Origin: an uncultured bacterium
GTDB taxonomy: Bacteria > Patescibacteriota > Microgenomatia > UBA1400 > UBA12108
DNA length: 64,000 bases
Direction of reading: 5' to 3'
Assembly (NCBI GenBank): GCA_903945195.1
Contig: CAJAUT010000006.1
Span: 493 to 64,492 of the forward strand
The translations under genes and the position numbers were made by a program. Below, in pieces: positions 59,613 through 64,000 of the stretch; position 1 is the stretch's first letter, and each line of letters starts with the position of its first letter. Under the pieces are notes generated by a model. The model saw nothing but the letters and a program-made list of their open reading frames with translations. It was not told the DNA's origin and did not search any database.

Positions 59613-60113
59613 ATGTCCGACCAAAACATGCAAATCAAAGTCTATATCGAGATCCCAGAAGGATCTAAAGTTAAATACGAACGTGATGAAGAGACGGGTA
59701 TGCTTATGTGCGATCGTATCCTCCACACTCCTATGGCATTTCCTTTCAACTATGGATTTGTTTTAGAAAGCAAAGGCGAAGATGGCGATCCAACAGACGT
59801 AGTTGTCCTTACCTCCGAAGCTATCGTTCCTGGCGTAGGCATGAAAGCCAAACTTATCGGTATGCTTGAGATGTCCGACGAAGAAGGGGTAGACACCAAA
59901 CTCATCGCAGTACCTGTGCAAAAAGTCGATCCACTATTTGGTACCTGGAACGATATCACCGATGTCCCAGAGCATACCAAAAACAAGATCAAGCATTTCT
60001 TCGATCACTACAAAGATCTAGAGCCAGGCAAATTTGTCAAAACAGGCAAATTCTTGCCAGCCGCTGATGCTGCTAAAATTTTAGAAGCCGATATGAAAAG
60101 AGGACAGAAATAA
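59613..60113 (+). CDS. ppa: Inorganic pyrophosphatase (family I)
   Basis: DGDPTDVVVL active-site region. 166 aa. Confidence 0.85.
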   Translation: MSDQNMQIKVYIEIPEGSKVKYERDEETGMLMCDRILHTPMAFPFNYGFVLESKGEDGDPTDVVVLTSEAIVPGVGMKAKLIGMLEMSDEEGVDTKLIAVPVQKVDPLFGTWNDITDVPEHTKNKIKHFFDHYKDLEPGKFVKTGKFLPAADAAKILEADMKRGQK

Positions 60114-62873
60114 ATGGCTGACGAATCGATCGTAAAACCACTAGACCTAGACGAACCCGGGGATCAAACCCCCGAGGTTGAATCGTCCTCTGTGATTGAA
60201 ACCTCGGGGGTTTCAAGCGTTCCCACCGACGTGGTCACGACCGACCGCACCTCATTCCTCACCGTTGGTGCCCAAAAACCTTGGGATATCGAAGAAACCA
60301 AATTTGGCAAGATCGCAACCGTCGGAGTAGTTGATGAAATGAAAAAGTCCTACCTAGACTACGCCATGTCTGTCATCGTTTCACGCGCACTACCTGATGC
60401 TCGTGATGGTCTAAAACCAGTCCATCGCCGTATCCTGTATGGTATGAAAGAGCTCGCACTTTTACCACCAGCCAAATACAAGAAATGTGCCCGTATCGTG
60501 GGAGAGGTCCTAGGTAAATACCACCCACATGGTGATACCGCCGTTTACGATGCCTTAGCTCGTTTAGCCCAAGATTTCTCTATGCGCTACATGCTAGTTG
60601 ATGGACAAGGCAACTTTGGTAGTGTCGATGGTGACAGTCCAGCTGCCATGCGTTACACAGAAGCACGTCTAGCCAAGATCACAGGCGAAATCCTGGCCGA
60701 TCTAGACAAAGAGACAGTCGATTGGATCGACAACTTTGACGGTACTTTCCAGGAACCTACCGTCATGCCAGCTCGCCTACCAAATCTACTTCTCATGGGT
60801 TCAGACGGTATTGCCGTAGGTATGGCGACCAAGATCCCAACTCACAACATTGGCGAGATCATCGACGCTGTCACCACTCTCATCAGCATGGGCACTTCTC
60901 CTAGAGCCAAAGAGCTTACCAAAATCGAAGAAGATGATATCCAAAATATTTCTTACAAAGAATTAACCGGCGACTTTACCTCGCAGGCTTCCGTCGACGA
61001 TCTCCTCAAGCATGTCCAAGGACCAGATTTCCCTACAGGCGGCGTCATCTATGATGCAGCAGCTATCCGCGAAGTCTATGCTACCGGCAAAGGTCGCGTC
61101 GTCACCCGCGCAGTTGCCGAGATCGAAGAAACAAAGACTGGCAAATTCCAGATCGTCGTGACCGAGATCCCATACCAAGTCAACAAATCCAAGCTCATTC
61201 AAAAGATCGCTGATCTAGTTCGCGACAAAAAAATAGATGGTATCTCCGATCTACGTGACGAATCCGACCGCGAAGGTATGCGCATCGTCATCGAGCTCAA
61301 AAAAGCCAGTAAACCAAAGAGTGTCTTAAACAATCTCTACAAACACACAGAACTACAAAATAGCTTCCCAGCCAACATGGTCGCGCTAGACGAAGTGGGT
61401 ACTCCTCACCTCATGAACTTAAAGACCATTCTTTCTCATTATGTTAAACATCGTCAAACTGTTATAGTTCGTCGCTCACAATATGAGCTCAAAGAAGCTA
61501 GGGCTCGCATCCACATTCTCGAAGGTTATATCAAAGCGCTGGACCACTTAGATGAAGTCATCAAAACTATCCGCGGTAGTAAAGATACAGATGATGCCAA
61601 AACACAACTCATCAAAAAGTTTGGTTTTTCCGAGATACAAGCAGTTGCCATATTAGATATGCAACTTCGCCGTCTCTCCGCATTAGAGCGTAAAAAGATT
61701 GAAGACGAATATAACTTACTCATGATCAGGATCAACGAACTTTTGATTCTTCTCAAAGATCCTATTTCGATCTTAGGCACCATCACCAAAGAGCTAGCCG
61801 AACTTCGTGAGATCTATGGCGATCCTCGTAAAACCAAAGTCATCAAAGGTAAACTAGGTGAGTTTAGTGAAGAAGATCTAGTAGCTTCTGAAGACAATTT
61901 AGTTGCAATCACTCGCGATGGTTACGTCAAACGTATGCCTCTATCTACCTACAGAACTCAGCGTAGAGGTGGCAAAGGCGTTGTAGGCATGACTACCAAA
62001 GATACCGACGAGATCCTCCACATGACTGTCGGCAATACTCACGACTTTGCCTTATTCTTTACAAACACAGGCAAGGTTTACAGTATGCGCGTTTTCGAAC
62101 TTCCAGAGGGTAGTAGAACCGCCAAAGGCCAAGCTATCATCAATCTCTTAAATATAGAGCAAGGGGAGATGGTCCAGGCAGTGCTCACTGTAGGCAAAGA
62201 CTTGATCGGCGACAAAGGTCACTTTATCACTATGGCCACAGCCAATGGCATGATCAAAAAGACCCCACTTTCTGAGTACTCAAATATCCGCGGTAGCGGC
62301 AAGATCGGTATCTCACTTCGTGACGGTGACCAACTCATCAAAGTAGAGATCAGCCACGGTCAAAACTATTTAATCCTAGTGACCAAGGGTGGCAAATCCA
62401 TTAAATTCAAAGAAACAGATGTTACCGCCACCGGTCGTGACACCATGGGTGTCAAAGGTATGACCCTCAAAGCAGGTGACTCTGTAATAGCCATGGAGAC
62501 AGTCGAGATCGCCCCGCCAAAGCCAGACGACAAAAGACGCAAATTCTTTAGAGAAATCCTCGTAGTCACTCAAAATGGTCTAGGCAAACGCACAGACGTA
62601 GGTGAATATCCAGATCAAAAGAGGGGAGGACAAGGTGTCAAAGTAGCCGAGCTATCCGACAGAACTGGAGAGATTGCTGCCGTACGCATGGTGACCGAAG
62701 ATGATGAGCAAGTAGTCATCACCACCAAGCAAGCTCAAGTCATCAAGTTGCCTCTCAAAAATATCAAAGTCCTAGGCCGCTCTACCCAGGGTGTCATCCT
62801 CATGCGCCCCGCCACAGGCGATGTGGTCACCTCTGTGACCACTCTCCAGGAAGCCGAAGAAGAGGAAGCTTAA
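60114..62873 (+). CDS. gyrA: DNA gyrase subunit A (with a ~60-aa N-terminal extension and an acidic C-terminal tail)
   Basis: [26 protein letters not shown], active-site Tyr region, C-terminal beta-pinwheel repeats, terminal EEEEA. Confidence 0.9.
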   Translation: MADESIVKPLDLDEPGDQTPEVESSSVIETSGVSSVPTDVVTTDRTSFLTVGAQKPWDIEETKFGKIATVGVVDEMKKSYLDYAMSVIVSRALPDARDGLKPVHRRILYGMKELALLPPAKYKKCARIVGEVLGKYHPHGDTAVYDALARLAQDFSMRYMLVDGQGNFGSVDGDSPAAMRYTEARLAKITGEILADLDKETVDWIDNFDGTFQEPTVMPARLPNLLLMGSDGIAVGMATKIPTHNIGEIIDAVTTLISMGTSPRAKELTKIEEDDIQNISYKELTGDFTSQASVDDLLKHVQGPDFPTGGVIYDAAAIREVYATGKGRVVTRAVAEIEETKTGKFQIVVTEIPYQVNKSKLIQKIADLVRDKKIDGISDLRDESDREGMRIVIELKKASKPKSVLNNLYKHTELQNSFPANMVALDEVGTPHLMNLKTILSHYVKHRQTVIVRRSQYELKEARARIHILEGYIKALDHLDEVIKTIRGSKDTDDAKTQLIKKFGFSEIQAVAILDMQLRRLSALERKKIEDEYNLLMIRINELLILLKDPISILGTITKELAELREIYGDPRKTKVIKGKLGEFSEEDLVASEDNLVAITRDGYVKRMPLSTYRTQRRGGKGVVGMTTKDTDEILHMTVGNTHDFALFFTNTGKVYSMRVFELPEGSRTAKGQAIINLLNIEQGEMVQAVLTVGKDLIGDKGHFITMATANGMIKKTPLSEYSNIRGSGKIGISLRDGDQLIKVEISHGQNYLILVTKGGKSIKFKETDVTATGRDTMGVKGMTLKAGDSVIAMETVEIAPPKPDDKRRKFFREILVVTQNGLGKRTDVGEYPDQKRGGQGVKVAELSDRTGEIAAVRMVTEDDEQVVITTKQAQVIKLPLKNIKVLGRSTQGVILMRPATGDVVTSVTTLQEAEEEEA

Positions 62874-62909
62874 TAGATTCTTAATCTAGCTTCAGGTAAA
62901 CTGGTATCT

Positions 62910-63182
62910 ATGGATATTACTTTGCTAGTACACATCGCGACCTCAGTAGCTACTTTGCTCATCTCCAGCTTTGCTTGGTATAAACCCAGTATCAACATCG
63001 AATCATATCTAAACAAATTTTCCCTCATCTCTATCATCACAGGACTTCTGGTAAGTCTAGGACAGCCACTAACTTTGGCTTATTGTGCTAAACTGGGCCT
63101 GTATCTGAGCGCGATTATCGCTACAAAATATATGCTTTTTATACAAAGCAAAAGGAACACATATGATCAAAATAGGGGATAA
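62910..63182 (+). CDS. Small membrane protein
   Basis: Three hydrophobic segments. ORF only. Confidence 0.25.
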   Translation: MDITLLVHIATSVATLLISSFAWYKPSINIESYLNKFSLISIITGLLVSLGQPLTLAYCAKLGLYLSAIIATKYMLFIQSKRNTYDQNRG

Positions 63183-63729
63183 AGTCAAAGATCTTTCACT
63201 CGACGTTTTTTACGAAGAAAATATCAAGAAAATAAATCTAGGTGATTACGCGGGCAAATGGCTAATCTTACTTTTTTACCCAGCCGACTTTACTTTTGTT
63301 TGTCCCACAGAGTTAGAAGATGCCGCCAAACATTACAAAGAGTTTAGTGACCTAGGTGCAGAGATCATCTCTATCTCTACAGATACTGCTTTCGTCCACA
63401 AAGCTTGGCACGACAATTCCATCGCCATCAAAAAAGTCACTTATCCCATGGGAGCAGACCCAACCGGCAATATCTGCCGTGAATTTGGTACATATATAGA
63501 TGATGAAGGTTTATCCCAAAGAGCCACATTTATCATCGATCCAGACGGAAAAGTAGTAGCTTACGAAATTCACGACAACTCTATCGGTAGAAACATAGAG
63601 GAGATCTTGCGCAAACTCCAAGCCGCCAAATTTGTGCGGGACAATGATGGCGCCATAGTGTGTCCTGCGAGCTGGCACCCAGGGGAAAAAACTCTAAAAC
63701 CTGGTGTCGATTTGGTTGGGAAAATCTAA
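63163..63729 (+). CDS. 2-Cys peroxiredoxin (AhpC/TSA family)
   Basis: FTFVCPTE peroxidatic-Cys motif and a resolving Cys near the C-terminus (IVCPASW). Confidence 0.8.
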   Translation: MIKIGDKVKDLSLDVFYEENIKKINLGDYAGKWLILLFYPADFTFVCPTELEDAAKHYKEFSDLGAEIISISTDTAFVHKAWHDNSIAIKKVTYPMGADPTGNICREFGTYIDDEGLSQRATFIIDPDGKVVAYEIHDNSIGRNIEEILRKLQAAKFVRDNDGAIVCPASWHPGEKTLKPGVDLVGKI

Positions 63730-64000
63730 CTTATCTTCTTGCCGCTGATCATCACAGTCACCATCTTGCCTTGCTCACTAAACTCAAGTGTCAGGTCGTG
63801 CATCTTACACATATCAGAGACAATAGACATACCTATACCGTGCCCGGCAGTCTCACCAGTCTTATATTTTCTTTCTACTATTCGTGCTTCGTCCAAATTA
63901 TTTTTAGTCGTATTTGATAATTGAATTTGCCATTTATCTTTTTGCATATTGGCCTTTATAATAATTTCCCCTTTATCTTTATTGTGCTTGATTGCATTAT
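63726..64000 (-). CDS. Sensor histidine kinase, C-terminal HATPase_c part only (gene continues beyond the window)
   Basis: G-box-like GHGIGMSIV in the last 73 aa. The reading frame stays open to the window end. Confidence 0.4.
   Translation of the reverse strand, partial: NAIKHNKDKGEIIIKANMQKDKWQIQLSNTTKNNLDEARIVERKYKTGETAGHGIGMSIVSDMCKMHDLTLEFSEQGKMVTVMISGKKIS

Overview
This window looks like a low-GC, small-genome bacterial chromosome. Inference: the truncated housekeeping proteins, short-leader or leaderless promoters directly upstream of start codons, overlapping genes and a secretin-less type IV pilus locus fit a Patescibacteria/CPR-like lineage. Standard genetic code is used. From left to right the window contains the following.

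- **Left edge (1-1631):** a large serine recombinase, truncated at its 5' end. Its 3' end reads across a tRNA-Lys on the opposite strand.
- **~1650-3340:** a 29-bp perfect palindrome overlapping a promoter, an HTH-PRTase regulator, then tRNA-Leu(GAG). Upstream of the tRNA is an array of three 112-bp units. Each unit is a tRNA-Leu 5' fragment split by a 38-bp imperfect-palindrome hairpin.
- **3.4-8.4 kb:** a cluster of SET methyltransferase, GNAT, an unknown protein and two tandem divergent Ddl-like ATP-grasp ligases. It is followed by a HigB/HigA-like toxin-antitoxin pair.
- **~8.45-13.1 kb:** a small integrated element at tRNA-Gln. It carries a serine recombinase, an inverted-repeat-rich non-coding region, a possible Rep_trans-like initiator and small membrane or zinc-ribbon proteins. 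A degenerate copy of the tRNA 3' end marks its far end.
- **13.4-20.5 kb:** an IS1595-like transposase, then a DUF1704 (QEGLA) protein, two HAD phosphatases separated by repeated intergenic modules, uridine kinase, an alpha/beta hydrolase, an AstE/AspA-type deacylase, a third Ddl-like ligase and a MazG-like protein.
- **20.5-25.4 kb:** two GH73-like peptidoglycan hydrolases, then a second tRNA-Leu (TAG) preceded by two 114-bp copies of the same fragment-plus-hairpin unit, with the hairpin inverted. Next to it are a decayed recombinase remnant and an AbiEii/AbiEi pair.
- **25.6-27 kb:** a DUF4143 ATPase flanked by ~75-bp direct repeats.
- **27.7-44.3 kb:** a core block: tig, tRNA-Val, thrS-infC-rpmI-rplT, pheS (with an N-terminal AlaX-like domain fused on), pheT, a class A PBP, tyrS, recG, rpmF (overlapping the recG end), nusB, rnc, rpsP and a KH protein.
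- **44.3-56.1 kb:** a complete type IV pilus locus (pilO/N/M, seven tandem prepilins, pilD, pilA, pilC, pilT, pilB).
- **56.1-64 kb:** an IS200/RAYT-like HUH transposase with its TTGCAA hairpin repeats embedded in its own coding sequence, then holB-like, gyrB-ppa-gyrA, a peroxiredoxin and a partial histidine kinase at the right edge.

No rRNA, no CRISPR array and no phage structural genes were seen.
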